From positions 6,841 to 70,840 of the forward strand of contig JADGQI010000172.1 of NCBI GenBank assembly GCA_017881905.1: 64,000 nt of DNA, given 5' to 3'. The notes below the pieces were generated by a model, which searched no databases, had not been told where the DNA came from, and saw only the letters and a list, made by a program, of their open reading frames with translations. Below are positions 39,247 to 48,530 of the stretch, piece by piece. Origin of the DNA: Chloroflexota bacterium (GTDB lineage: Bacteria > Chloroflexota > Limnocylindria > Limnocylindrales > CSP1-4). The translations under genes were made by a program, and so were the position numbers. Numbering within the stretch: the first letter of the stretch is position 1; the number at the start of each line of letters is the position of its first letter.

Positions 39247-40363
39247 GGTGGGGGTCGCGGGCGACGACGCGGTCCGGACCACGCCGCTGCTCGAGCGCCA
39301 CCGTGCCCTCGGCGCGCGGCTGATCGACTTCGCCGGGTGGCTGATGCCCGTCCAGTACGCCGGGATCCTCGAGGAGCACCGGGCGGTCCGCGAGGCCGCC
39401 GGGCTATTCGATCTGTCGCACATGGGCGAGCTGTTCGTCGAAGGGCCCGAGGCCGGGACCGCGCTGGCGTTCGCGCTCGTCACCGATCCGCGGACGCTCG
39501 CGGTCGGGCGCGCCCACTACTCGATGATCTGCGCCCCCGACGGTGGGATCCTCGACGATCTGATCGTCTACCGGCTGGCAGACGATCGGTACCTCGTCGT
39601 GGCGAACGCGGCCAACGCCCAGGTCGTGAGCGATCTCCTCGTCGAGCGGATGGCGGGCTTCCGAGCGATCGTCGACGACCGCTCCCTGGCGACCGCCCTG
39701 GTCGCGATCCAGGGCCCGCGCTCGCTCGAGATCGCGACGCCGCAGACGGGGATCGACCTGTCCGCGCTGCGCTACTACGGGATCGCCGAGGGCCAGGTAG
39801 CCGGCATCGACGCACTCGTCGCCCGGACCGGCTACACCGGCGAGGACGGCTTCGAGGTCTTCGTCGACATGGAGCGGGCCGTGGAGCTGTGGGACGCGCT
39901 CATGACCGCCGGCGAGGCGCTCCGGCTCGCCCCCATCGGGCTGGGTGCCCGGGACACGCTTCGCCTCGAGGCGGGGATGCCGCTCTACGGCAACGAGCTC
40001 GATGCCGCCACGACCCCGTACGAGGCCGGTCTTGGCCGGGTGGTCAAGCTGGCCAAGCCCGGGGACTTCGTCGGCCGTGCCGCCCTCGAACGCGTCGAGG
40101 CGAACGGGCCGACCCGGCGCCTGGTCGGCCTGGTCGTCCGCGGGCGGGGCATCGCCCGACACGGCTACCCCGTGTTCGCCGACGAGCGCCAGACGGGCGT
40201 CGTGACCAGCGGGGCGCCGAGCCCGACGCTCGGTGTGCCGATCGCGATGGCCTACGTCGCCCCCGCCGATGCCGAACCCGGTACCATGCTGGCGGTCGGG
40301 ATCCGCGACGCGCGGGTCGCCGCCGAGGTCGTCCCGCTCCCGTTCTACCGGCGGGCGGGCTGA
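39239..40363 (+). CDS. gcvT: Glycine cleavage aminomethyltransferase T
   Basis: FAGWLMPVQY, LFDLSHMG, ARTGYTGEDGFE and GARDTLRLEAG motifs. Start is 39239 or 39248. Confidence 0.96.
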   Translation: MPEVGVAGDDAVRTTPLLERHRALGARLIDFAGWLMPVQYAGILEEHRAVREAAGLFDLSHMGELFVEGPEAGTALAFALVTDPRTLAVGRAHYSMICAPDGGILDDLIVYRLADDRYLVVANAANAQVVSDLLVERMAGFRAIVDDRSLATALVAIQGPRSLEIATPQTGIDLSALRYYGIAEGQVAGIDALVARTGYTGEDGFEVFVDMERAVELWDALMTAGEALRLAPIGLGARDTLRLEAGMPLYGNELDAATTPYEAGLGRVVKLAKPGDFVGRAALERVEANGPTRRLVGLVVRGRGIARHGYPVFADERQTGVVTSGAPSPTLGVPIAMAYVAPADAEPGTMLAVGIRDARVAAEVVPLPFYRRAG

Positions 40364-40422
40364 CCGCTCCACGAGCCCGGTCGGGAGGTGGAGACGGTCG
40401 CTACGAGGAGGATCGGCCGCCG

Positions 40423-40803
40423 ATGGTCCCCACGGATCTGCGCTACACCAAGGACCACGAGTGGGTCCGCGTCGACGGCGACCAGGCGACGATCGGGATC
40501 ACCGAGTACGCCACGACCCAGCTCGGCGACATCGTCTTCGTCGAGCTGCCGGACACTGGTCGGGCGCTCAGCCAGAGTGCGGTCTTCGGCGTCGTCGAGT
40601 CGGTCAAAGCGGTGAGCGACCTGTTCGCACCGATCAGCGGCGCGGTGACCGAGGCGAACGGCGCCCTGGCCGGCGAGCCGGAGCTGGTCAACGCCGAGCC
40701 ATACGGCGCCGGCTGGATGCTCCGCGTGACGGTGGCCGATGCCGCCGAGCTCGACGAGCTGCTCGACCCCGCCGCGTACGACGCCCTGATCGCGGAGGGC
40801 TGA
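40423..40803 (+). CDS. gcvH: Glycine cleavage H protein
   Basis: YTKDHEW, LGDIVFVELP, VESVKAVSD (lipoyl Lys) and PYGAGW motifs. Confidence 0.97.
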   Translation: MVPTDLRYTKDHEWVRVDGDQATIGITEYATTQLGDIVFVELPDTGRALSQSAVFGVVESVKAVSDLFAPISGAVTEANGALAGEPELVNAEPYGAGWMLRVTVADAAELDELLDPAAYDALIAEG

Positions 40804-40810
40804 CCTCCCG

Positions 40811-42190
40811 ATGCCCTACGGGCCGCACACCCCGGCCGATCGCGCCCGGATGCTGGCGACGATCGGGGTCGACTCCGTCGATGCGCTCTTCGCCGACATC
40901 CCCGAGTCGCTCCGCGCCGGTCGGCTCGAGCTGCCGGGTCCCGAGCCCGAGCTCAGCCTGGCGGCGCGCCTGCAGGCCCTGGCCGGCCGCAACCGGGTCG
41001 ATCTGGCCTCCTTCCTCGGGGCCGGCGTCTACCGTCACTACACCCCGGCCGCCGTCGACCAGATCCTGCTCCGCGGCGAGTGGTACACGGCCTACACGCC
41101 CTATCAGCCCGAGATCAGCCAGGGCACCCTCCAGTCGATCTACGAGTACGAATCGCTGATGGCCGAGCTGGTCGCCATGGACGTGGTCTCCGCCTCGCAT
41201 TACGACGGCGCGGCGGCGACCGCCGAGGCGGCCCTGATGACCTGCCGGGCGACCCGGCGTGAGCGGGTCCTCGTGTCCCGGGCGGTCCACCGCCACTACC
41301 GGGAGACCACGACGACGTACTTCCTGGGTGGCGGGCTGGCCGTCGAGGAGATCCCGCTGATCGCGACCGGACCCGATGCCGGAACGACGGACCTGGGCGC
41401 CCTCGAGCGGATGCTGGCCGACCAGGATCGACCCGTGGCCGGCGTGGTGGCAGGTCAGCCGAATTTCCTCGGGCTGCTCGAGCCGATGGCCGAGATCGGC
41501 CGGCTGGCGCATGCCGCGGGGGCGCTGTTCGTGGCGGTCGTCGAACCCGTGTCGCTGGCGGTGCTAGCTCCCCCTGGAGCGTACGGCGCGGACATCGCGG
41601 CCGGTGAAGGCCAGCCACTCGGCATCGCTCCGCAGTACGGCGGCCCGTACCTCGGGATCCTCGCCTCGACCGACGCGCTCGTCCGCCAGATCCCCGGCCG
41701 GCTGGTCGGGATGACGACCGACCTGGACGGTCAGCGGGCGTTCGTGATGACGATGCGCGCGCGCGAACAGGACATCCGGCGCGAGAAGGCGGCGAGCAAC
41801 ATCTGCACGAACCAGGCCTTGCTGGCCCTCGCCGCGAGCGTCTATCTCACGACGATCGGGCCGCACGGGCTCAAGGACGTCGCCGCGCTCGGAGCGGCCC
41901 GGGCGGCCGAACTCGAGACGGCCCTCGCCGCGGCCGGGGCGCCGCGCCTCCACCCTGGGCCGTATCTGAACGAGTTCGTCGTCCGCGTCCCGGACGCCCC
42001 AGCCGTCCACCGGCGGCTGCTCGATCGGGGGATCCTCGCCGGGCTTGTCCTGGCCGAGGCGGAACCCGACGACCCCTCGCTCGCGGACGGCCTGCTGGTC
42101 TGCGCGACCGAGGTCACCACGGAAGACGAGATCGCCCGGTTCGCGACGGAGCTGGCGGACGCCCGGACGCCCGGCCAGGTCGCGTCATGA
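40811..42190 (+). CDS. gcvPA: Glycine dehydrogenase subunit 1
   Basis: FLGAGVY, YTAYTPYQPEISQG, PGRLVG and REQDIRREKAASNICTNQ motifs. Confidence 0.96.
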   Translation: MPYGPHTPADRARMLATIGVDSVDALFADIPESLRAGRLELPGPEPELSLAARLQALAGRNRVDLASFLGAGVYRHYTPAAVDQILLRGEWYTAYTPYQPEISQGTLQSIYEYESLMAELVAMDVVSASHYDGAAATAEAALMTCRATRRERVLVSRAVHRHYRETTTTYFLGGGLAVEEIPLIATGPDAGTTDLGALERMLADQDRPVAGVVAGQPNFLGLLEPMAEIGRLAHAAGALFVAVVEPVSLAVLAPPGAYGADIAAGEGQPLGIAPQYGGPYLGILASTDALVRQIPGRLVGMTTDLDGQRAFVMTMRAREQDIRREKAASNICTNQALLALAASVYLTTIGPHGLKDVAALGAARAAELETALAAAGAPRLHPGPYLNEFVVRVPDAPAVHRRLLDRGILAGLVLAEAEPDDPSLADGLLVCATEVTTEDEIARFATELADARTPGQVAS

Positions 42191-43689
42191 GCGTCACCGG
42201 CAAGCGCTTGCAGTCCACGATCTTCGAGAAGTCGAGCCCCGGCCGCGGTGGCGGCAAGATCCCGCACGCCCCGGCCGACGCACTGGCCAGGATCCCGGCG
42301 GCCGCGCGACGCCAGTCGCCGCCCGCTCTGCCCGAGATGAATGAGCCGGAGGTCGTCCGCCACTACGTCAACCTGTCGCAGCTCAACTACGCGGTGGATA
42401 CCGGGTTCTATCCGCTGGGCTCGTGCACGATGAAGTGGAATCCGAAGCTGAACGAGTGGGCGGCCCGCCTGCCCGGCTTCGCGAACCTCCACCCGCTCGC
42501 GCCCGACGCGGTCGCCCAGGGCACGCTCCAGCTCTTGTGGGAGCTCGAGGCGGCGCTGGCCGAGATCAGCGGGATGCGCGCCGTCACCCTCCAGCCGGCG
42601 GCGGGCGCCCAGGGCGAGCTGACCGGGATCCTGATGATCCGCGCCTACCATCGCGAGCGGGGCGACCTCGATCGGACCGAGGTGCTCGTCCCGGACAGCT
42701 CGCATGGGACGAACCCGGCCACGGCGACGATGGCCGGCTTCACGACGGTCACCGTCCCATCGGCCGCGGACGGTGGGGTCGATCTCGATGCGTTCACGGC
42801 GGCGCTCGGGCCCCGCACCGCGGCGGTGATGATCACCAACCCGTCGACCCTGGGCCTGTTCGAGGCGCGCATCGGCGAGCTGCTCGACCTCGTCCATGGC
42901 GCGGGAGCGCTGGCGTACATGGACGGGGCCAACCTGAACGCGATCCTCGGCCGGTTCAAGCCGGGCCAGGCGGGCTTCGACGTCATGCACTTCAACGTCC
43001 ACAAGACGTTCAGCACGCCGCACGGCGGCGGCGGCCCGGGGGCCGGTCCGGTGGGCGTCGGCACGAGCCTGCTGCCGTATCTCCCGGCGCCGCGGGTCCT
43101 GCGCGAGGCCGACGACACCTTCCGCCTCGAACGGCCCGGCGAGCGCCCGTCGTCGATCGGGCGGATGCGCAGCTTCGTCGGGAACACCGGGGTGCTCGTC
43201 CGAGCGTACGCCTACATCCGGGCCCACGGGGGGAGCGGGCTGCGCGAGGTCAGCGACGACGCGGTGCTGGCGGCGAACTACCTCAGGGTCCGCCTGGCCG
43301 GGACGTTCGACGAGCCGTACGGGGACCGCGCCTGCAAGCACGAATTCGTGGCGTCAGCGTCAAGCATCAAGAAGGCGACCGGGGTCCGGACGCTGGACAT
43401 CGCGAAGCGTCTGATCGACTACGGCTATCACCCTCCGACGATCTACTTCCCGTTGATCGTCGACGAGGGGATGCTGATCGAGCCGACCGAGACCGAGACG
43501 ATCGAGACGCTCGACGCCTTCGCCGACGCCCTGATCGCGATCGCCGCCGAGGCTCGCTCGAACCCACAGCTCGTCCTGGACGCCCCGCACGATGCACCCG
43601 TCCGACGTCTCGACGAGGCGACCGCGGCCCGCCATCCGGATCTGCGCTGGCGTCCGATGGCCGGCGCCGATACGCCGTGCCCGGACTGA
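42187..43689 (+). CDS. gcvPB: Glycine dehydrogenase subunit 2
   Basis: PLGSCTMK, QPAAGAQGE, HGTNPA, HFNVHKTFSTPHGGGGPG and EPTETE motifs. Confidence 0.97.
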   Translation: MSVTGKRLQSTIFEKSSPGRGGGKIPHAPADALARIPAAARRQSPPALPEMNEPEVVRHYVNLSQLNYAVDTGFYPLGSCTMKWNPKLNEWAARLPGFANLHPLAPDAVAQGTLQLLWELEAALAEISGMRAVTLQPAAGAQGELTGILMIRAYHRERGDLDRTEVLVPDSSHGTNPATATMAGFTTVTVPSAADGGVDLDAFTAALGPRTAAVMITNPSTLGLFEARIGELLDLVHGAGALAYMDGANLNAILGRFKPGQAGFDVMHFNVHKTFSTPHGGGGPGAGPVGVGTSLLPYLPAPRVLREADDTFRLERPGERPSSIGRMRSFVGNTGVLVRAYAYIRAHGGSGLREVSDDAVLAANYLRVRLAGTFDEPYGDRACKHEFVASASSIKKATGVRTLDIAKRLIDYGYHPPTIYFPLIVDEGMLIEPTETETIETLDAFADALIAIAAEARSNPQLVLDAPHDAPVRRLDEATAARHPDLRWRPMAGADTPCPD

Positions 43690-43715
43690 TCGTGGAGCGT
43701 GCGCGCACCTGTCGG

Positions 43716-43741
43716 TGAACCTTCCACGCGGGAAGGGCGTA
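43716..43741 (+). promoter_or_regulatory. ECF-type promoter, probably autoregulatory
   Basis: TGAACC at 43716-43721 and CGTA at 43738-43741, giving AAC-N17-CGT directly upstream of an ECF sigma gene. Confidence 0.65.
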
Positions 43742-43796
43742 TCTTCGGTCGGGAGCAACGGGAGATCGGCCAGCCCGCGCCTCGGAGGATCCGACC

Positions 43797-44441
43797 ACGA
43801 GCGAGCCAATCGATGATGCGGAGCGACGTCGTCGGCGTGCCGAGGAAATCGCGCTTCTCGTGCGGATGCAGCGCGACGATCTGGACGCCTTCGAGGCGTT
43901 CTTCATGCGCTACCGGACGTCGATCTACCGCACCGCCTACGGCCTGACCGGCGACGCGCAGGCAGCCGAGGAGATCCTCCAGGACACGTTCGCCCGGGCG
44001 TATCAGCGTCGGCACATCCTTCGGACCGACGTCTCGCCGCTGCCCTGGCTGCACCGGGTCGCGCTCAACCTGTGCTACTCGCGCCTGGGCCGGCGCCGCC
44101 TGCCGTCTTCGCCGATCGAGGACGAGGTGGTCGGCCTGGTGCGCGACCGGGCGACCGAGCCGGCTGAGCATGCCGAACAGCAGGAGCTGCGTCGGATCGT
44201 GCGCGACGGGGTCGCCCACCTGCCGCCGAAGCATCAGAGCGTCGTCATCCTGTACTACCTCCACGGCCTGTCGCTCCAGGAGACGGCCGAGCTCCTCGAC
44301 ATCCGCCTGGGCACGGTCAAGTCGCGCCTGCATTACGCGCTTCGGGCGTTGCGCACCAGGCTCGAGGGCGATCGGCGCTTCGGTGGCGCGTACGGCGAGG
44401 TCGGCACCGAACCGGTCGACGCCGAGGAGGCAGTCCCGTGA
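43797..44441 (+). CDS. ECF RNA polymerase sigma factor (start uncertain: ACG 43797 or GTG 43860)
   Basis: AEEILQDTF, WLHRVALN, LPPKHQSVVILYY..GLS.QE.AE.L and GTVKSRLHYA motifs. Confidence 0.93.
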   Translation, partial: TSEPIDDAERRRRRAEEIALLVRMQRDDLDAFEAFFMRYRTSIYRTAYGLTGDAQAAEEILQDTFARAYQRRHILRTDVSPLPWLHRVALNLCYSRLGRRRLPSSPIEDEVVGLVRDRATEPAEHAEQQELRRIVRDGVAHLPPKHQSVVILYYLHGLSLQETAELLDIRLGTVKSRLHYALRALRTRLEGDRRFGGAYGEVGTEPVDAEEAVP

Positions 44442-45013
44442 TGGGTCGTGCGTCAGGCTGCATGCGGCACCGGGCGGAGCTGCTCGCCCTCGGGGAACGT
44501 TCCGAGCGGGGACCGTACATCGACGCCGCGCTCGACCATCTCGCCCGCTGTCGCCGCTGCGAGGAGGATCTGACCGAGATCATGCTCGCCGGCCACGCTG
44601 TCCGACGTCTCCTGGCCGAGGCGGCCACGGTCGACCCACCGGTCGAGGCCTGGGAGCGGTTGCGGACGCGGGTCCAGCGACCGGTCGCGAGCGCCTGGCG
44701 GGCCCGGACATCCCTGGCGGGAGTCGTCGTCGGCGCCGGGCTGGTGGCCGCCCTCGTCGGCCCGGTAACAGTCCTCCATTCCGCGACGGACGCCGTCAGC
44801 GAACCCGGCCCGCCGCCGGCCGCGCACCAGGCCCGTGTCGAGGCGGACGCGCGAGCGATGGCCGTCTTCCTCGATAGCCAGCGGGTCGAGCCGACACAGC
44901 CCCCGGTCACCATCGTGGCCGACGCGTCGACGATCGCGTGGTCGGGCCCCGACGGCCTGCGTCGGGCGGCCCCGCCGGTCCGGATCGACCTCAACCCCGC
45001 ACGAGCCGACTGA
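44441..45013 (+). CDS. Zinc-binding anti-sigma factor with TM helix
   Basis: HLARCRRC (HxxxCxxC) motif and a hydrophobic segment; coupled to the sigma gene stop. Confidence 0.82.
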   Translation: MGRASGCMRHRAELLALGERSERGPYIDAALDHLARCRRCEEDLTEIMLAGHAVRRLLAEAATVDPPVEAWERLRTRVQRPVASAWRARTSLAGVVVGAGLVAALVGPVTVLHSATDAVSEPGPPPAAHQARVEADARAMAVFLDSQRVEPTQPPVTIVADASTIAWSGPDGLRRAAPPVRIDLNPARAD

Positions 45014-45131
45014 ACGGTCCCGACGGGATCGACCGCCACCGCGGCGGAGGAGGTGCGACAGAACGACAGGCGGCCATCCGAGACCCGATCCGCGCTCCGT
45101 CGGTGACCCTTCGGGGCACGATCGCCGTCAG

Positions 45132-45160
45132 TTGACACGTTCCGGGTGCGTCCGCATAGT
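45132..45160 (+). promoter_or_regulatory. Sigma70-type promoter of the Opp cluster
   Basis: TTGACA-N17-CATAGT. Confidence 0.7.
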
Positions 45161-45164
45161 GGCG

Positions 45165-45338
45165 GCAGCGCAGGGACCGCAGCTCACCGTGCGCTCGTCA
45201 GTTCGCCCACCGTTTCCGTGCCGGCGACCCGGTCTGCTCTGCAGATCGAGCCGGGAGACCGTGGGGGACAGTGGCGTACGTGCGGTCCGTTGCGAAATTG
45301 GGAGTGACAGGGTCAAGTACCCATTTGGAGGACCGCAG
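45165..45338 (+). promoter_or_regulatory. Candidate structured cis-regulatory 5' leader RNA
   Basis: Nested complementary segments and alternative pairing with the RBS region, found by eye. Confidence 0.45.
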
Positions 45339-47195
45339 ATGCGGAATCGCTTACTCGGCTTGCTCGCGACCTCGGCGATCGTCTTCGCCGCTTGCCAGGG
45401 CGCAACGAGCACGCCTGCCGCTTCGACCGCGCCAGCCAGCGCGGCAGCACCGTCGGAGGCCGCCGCGGCGTCGCCGACGGTCGCGCCTTCGCCGACGCCG
45501 GTCGACTACGACCAGCTCCTGTACGGCTATGACTACAAGCCGTCGACCGGGACACCGGGCGGCAAGGTCATCATCGGCACGGATGCGACGATCGACCAGC
45601 TCAACCCGTATTACCAGAACGCGACCGCGGACACCGAAGTGATCGCTTCGACCATGCGCTCGCTCCTCACGGTCTCCTCGGACGGCCACTGGAAGCCGGA
45701 CCTCGCCGCCGAGCCGATCACGTTCAAGGACAGCGTCACGAATGACCCGTCGGGCGGTGGGTTCACCGTCCACGCCAAGCTGAAGCCGGGCCTCAAGTGG
45801 TCCGATGGCCAGCCGCTGACGTTCGCCGACTGGGTCTACACCTGGAACTGGATCCTCGACAAGAACCAGGTCGGGATCACGACCTCGCCGTACGACCAGA
45901 TCGACAAGATCACCCCGTCGGCCGACGGGCTCGAGGCGGACTTCCACTTCAAGGCGCCGTTCGCCGGCTGGCTCGGCGCGGTCGGCGGCATGTGGCCGAT
46001 GCCCGAGCACTACATGAAGACCATTCCGATCAAGGACGCAGCGGCCAAGAGCTATCCGCTCAGCGCGGCCGTCGGTGCTGCCCCGACCAGCGGACCGTTC
46101 AAGTACGACACGGCCTCGTCCGACACCGTCGTGCTTTCCCGGAACGACAACTGGGCCGGGGGCGACCATCCGGCGTACCTGGACGGCGTGACCTACAAGA
46201 CCTACGCCGACGCGGCGACCGAGGTCGCGGCCTTCCTGACCGGCGACATCGACGTCGCGATCGAATTGTCGCAGGACGATTACGACGCCATCAAGGGCGT
46301 CGATCCGGCGACCGGGAAGGCGATCATCGCGCCGGCCTGGCTGTACGAACACTTCGACATGAACCAGTCGGGCCTCGGTCAGGGCAAGGGCCACCCGGCC
46401 CTCCAGGACCCGATCGTCCGCAAGGCCATCTCGCAGGCGATCGACAAGAATGCGATGTGGCAGGCGGTCTTCCCGGGCGCCCCGGTCCCGGACAACAACC
46501 CCTGCACCAACGCCACCCCGTCCAACTACTGGCAGCTGCCGGATGCCAAGTGCCTTCCGTTCGACCTCGCGGCCGCCAACAAGGCGCTCGACGACGCCGG
46601 CTACAAGGCCGGAGCCGACGGGATCCGCGTCGACCCGAAGAGTGGTCTCCCGCTCGTCTTCGAGCACTGCACCAGCACCCAGGGGTTCCGAGAGCTCGGT
46701 GCAGACTTCCTCGCGAAGTCGCTCCAGCAGATCGGCATCAAGCTCAACGAGAATTTCGTCGACCGGACGACGGTCCTGTTCGCCAACTGGCCGAACGTCA
46801 AGGACGACACGAAGTGCAACCTGGCCCATGGCAACTACGACACGTCGGAGTTCGCCTACCAGCTGACCTTCGATCTGTTCGGTGACTACTACTACAGCTA
46901 TCACTCGGAGCAGATCCCGACGGCGGCCAACAAGGGCAACGGGTACAACTACCTGCGCCTGAACAACCCCGAGATGGACGCTGCGATCAATGTGCTGAAG
47001 AACTCGAATGATCCCAAGGACCAGATCGAGGCGGCCTACAAGATCCAGCAGGCATACATCGATACCGTACCGGAGGTCGTCCTCTACTACCGCAACGACG
47101 TGCGGGGTGTGGGCGCCAAGGTCCAGAACTTCGAGAAGAACCCGGGCACCGCGACCGACATGTGGAATGTCGAAGACTGGTGGCTGCAGCAGTAA
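45339..47195 (+). CDS. Peptide ABC transporter substrate-binding lipoprotein (family 5), system 1
   Basis: Lipobox FAAC, Ala/Pro linker, PDLA, KWSDGQPLT..D, SGPFK and VRKAISQAIDK motifs. Confidence 0.93.
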   Translation: MRNRLLGLLATSAIVFAACQGATSTPAASTAPASAAAPSEAAAASPTVAPSPTPVDYDQLLYGYDYKPSTGTPGGKVIIGTDATIDQLNPYYQNATADTEVIASTMRSLLTVSSDGHWKPDLAAEPITFKDSVTNDPSGGGFTVHAKLKPGLKWSDGQPLTFADWVYTWNWILDKNQVGITTSPYDQIDKITPSADGLEADFHFKAPFAGWLGAVGGMWPMPEHYMKTIPIKDAAAKSYPLSAAVGAAPTSGPFKYDTASSDTVVLSRNDNWAGGDHPAYLDGVTYKTYADAATEVAAFLTGDIDVAIELSQDDYDAIKGVDPATGKAIIAPAWLYEHFDMNQSGLGQGKGHPALQDPIVRKAISQAIDKNAMWQAVFPGAPVPDNNPCTNATPSNYWQLPDAKCLPFDLAAANKALDDAGYKAGADGIRVDPKSGLPLVFEHCTSTQGFRELGADFLAKSLQQIGIKLNENFVDRTTVLFANWPNVKDDTKCNLAHGNYDTSEFAYQLTFDLFGDYYYSYHSEQIPTAANKGNGYNYLRLNNPEMDAAINVLKNSNDPKDQIEAAYKIQQAYIDTVPEVVLYYRNDVRGVGAKVQNFEKNPGTATDMWNVEDWWLQQ

Positions 47196-47213
47196 CCCCT
47201 TCCTAGGACAGCG

Positions 47214-47250
47214 TGCGGACGACGGCTCGACCACCGAGCCGTCGTCCGTG
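47214..47250 (+). terminator. Strong hairpin after SBP gene 1 (terminator or mRNA stabiliser)
   Basis: TGCGGACGACGGCTCG-ACCAC-CGAGCCGTCGTCCGTG; no U tract. Confidence 0.6.
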
Positions 47251-47396
47251 CATCCGATCCGGCGACCGAGCGGACCGGAGCGGGAAGCGGACGTCGTCCG
47301 GGCATCGACCCGGGGCCCCTGTCGGGGTGCCGGCGATCAGGTCCCGGGCGTGGAAGCAACTTGTGACGGAGCCTGTCACATGACCAGGTACCCGCG

Positions 47397-48530
47397 ATGA
47401 TCAAGTTCATCATCCGTCGCTCGCTCGGCCTTGTGCCGCTGCTTCTGCTCGTGGTCGTCTTCAGCTTCCTGCTGATGAAGGCCGCTCCCGGCGGACCGGA
47501 GGCCCAGTTCCAGGGCAACAAGAAGATCAGCCAGGTCCAGATCGATGCCTGGCTCAAGCGTTGGTGCCTCCAGCCGACGGACGCCAATACCCCGATCCTC
47601 GAGCAGGTCGGCAACTACTTCGTCGAATTCGGCGGCTGGTTCGGGATCCTGAACTGCAACCGGTCCGGGTCGCAGGCGTTCTTCTCGGACTCGGGCGGCC
47701 TGAACGTCTTGCCGCCCGCGCTCGGAGGCGGCAGCAACGGCGTCATCCACGGCGATCTGGGCTACGGGATCCAGTCGGGCCGGCCGGTCACCGAGATCAT
47801 CGCCGAGCGGATCCCGGCCACATTCATCCTCGCCTTCACGGCGCTCGTCCTGTGGGTCAGCATCGCGATCGTGCTGGGGGTCTACGCGGCGATCCACCGC
47901 TACTCGCTGTTCGACCAGACGGTGACGTTCCTGAGCTACATCTTCTACTCGTTGCCGACGTTCTGGCTCGGACTCAACCTGATCTTCATCTTCGGGGTCG
48001 CGCTGCGCTGGTTCCCGACCGGGGGGATCATCACCACCCGCGACTGGTCGCCGTTCAACACGCCCCAGTACTGGCAGCAGTTCGGGGCCAACCCGGGCGC
48101 CGCGACGCTCGATATCGGGCGCCACCTCTTCCTGCCCGTGCTGACCCTGGTGGCCGTCAATATCGCCGGTGACAGCCGATTCGTCCGCGCCTCGATGCTC
48201 GAGTCGATCAATCAGGACTACGTCCGGACCGCCCGGGCCAAGGGCCTGCGCAACCGGGTCGTCGTCGGCAAGCACGCCCTGCGTAACGCGATGCTGCCGG
48301 TCGTGACCAACGTCGCCCTCGAGATCCCGTTCCTGTTCTCCGGGGCGATCGTGACCGAGACGATCTTCAACTGGCCCGGGATGGGCCGCCTGTTCATCGA
48401 CTCGATCGGGGGCAAGGACTACTTCGTGATCATGGGCCTCCTCCTGGTGACCGCCATCATCACGCTCTTCGCGAACCTCATCGCGGATGTCGTCTACGCC
48501 ATCGTCGATCCGAGGATCCGGTATGACTGA
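47397..48530 (+). CDS. Peptide ABC permease (OppB/DppB-like), system 1
   Basis: GDLG, DYVRTARAKGL, HALRNA, ETIFNWPGMG and DPRI motifs. Confidence 0.95.
   Translation: MIKFIIRRSLGLVPLLLLVVVFSFLLMKAAPGGPEAQFQGNKKISQVQIDAWLKRWCLQPTDANTPILEQVGNYFVEFGGWFGILNCNRSGSQAFFSDSGGLNVLPPALGGGSNGVIHGDLGYGIQSGRPVTEIIAERIPATFILAFTALVLWVSIAIVLGVYAAIHRYSLFDQTVTFLSYIFYSLPTFWLGLNLIFIFGVALRWFPTGGIITTRDWSPFNTPQYWQQFGANPGAATLDIGRHLFLPVLTLVAVNIAGDSRFVRASMLESINQDYVRTARAKGLRNRVVVGKHALRNAMLPVVTNVALEIPFLFSGAIVTETIFNWPGMGRLFIDSIGGKDYFVIMGLLLVTAIITLFANLIADVVYAIVDPRIRYD

Noticed and set aside
47196..47396. A genuine SRP RNA (ffs) gene
   Set aside because: No GNRA tetraloop and no long enclosing helix; kept only as a motif-level finding.
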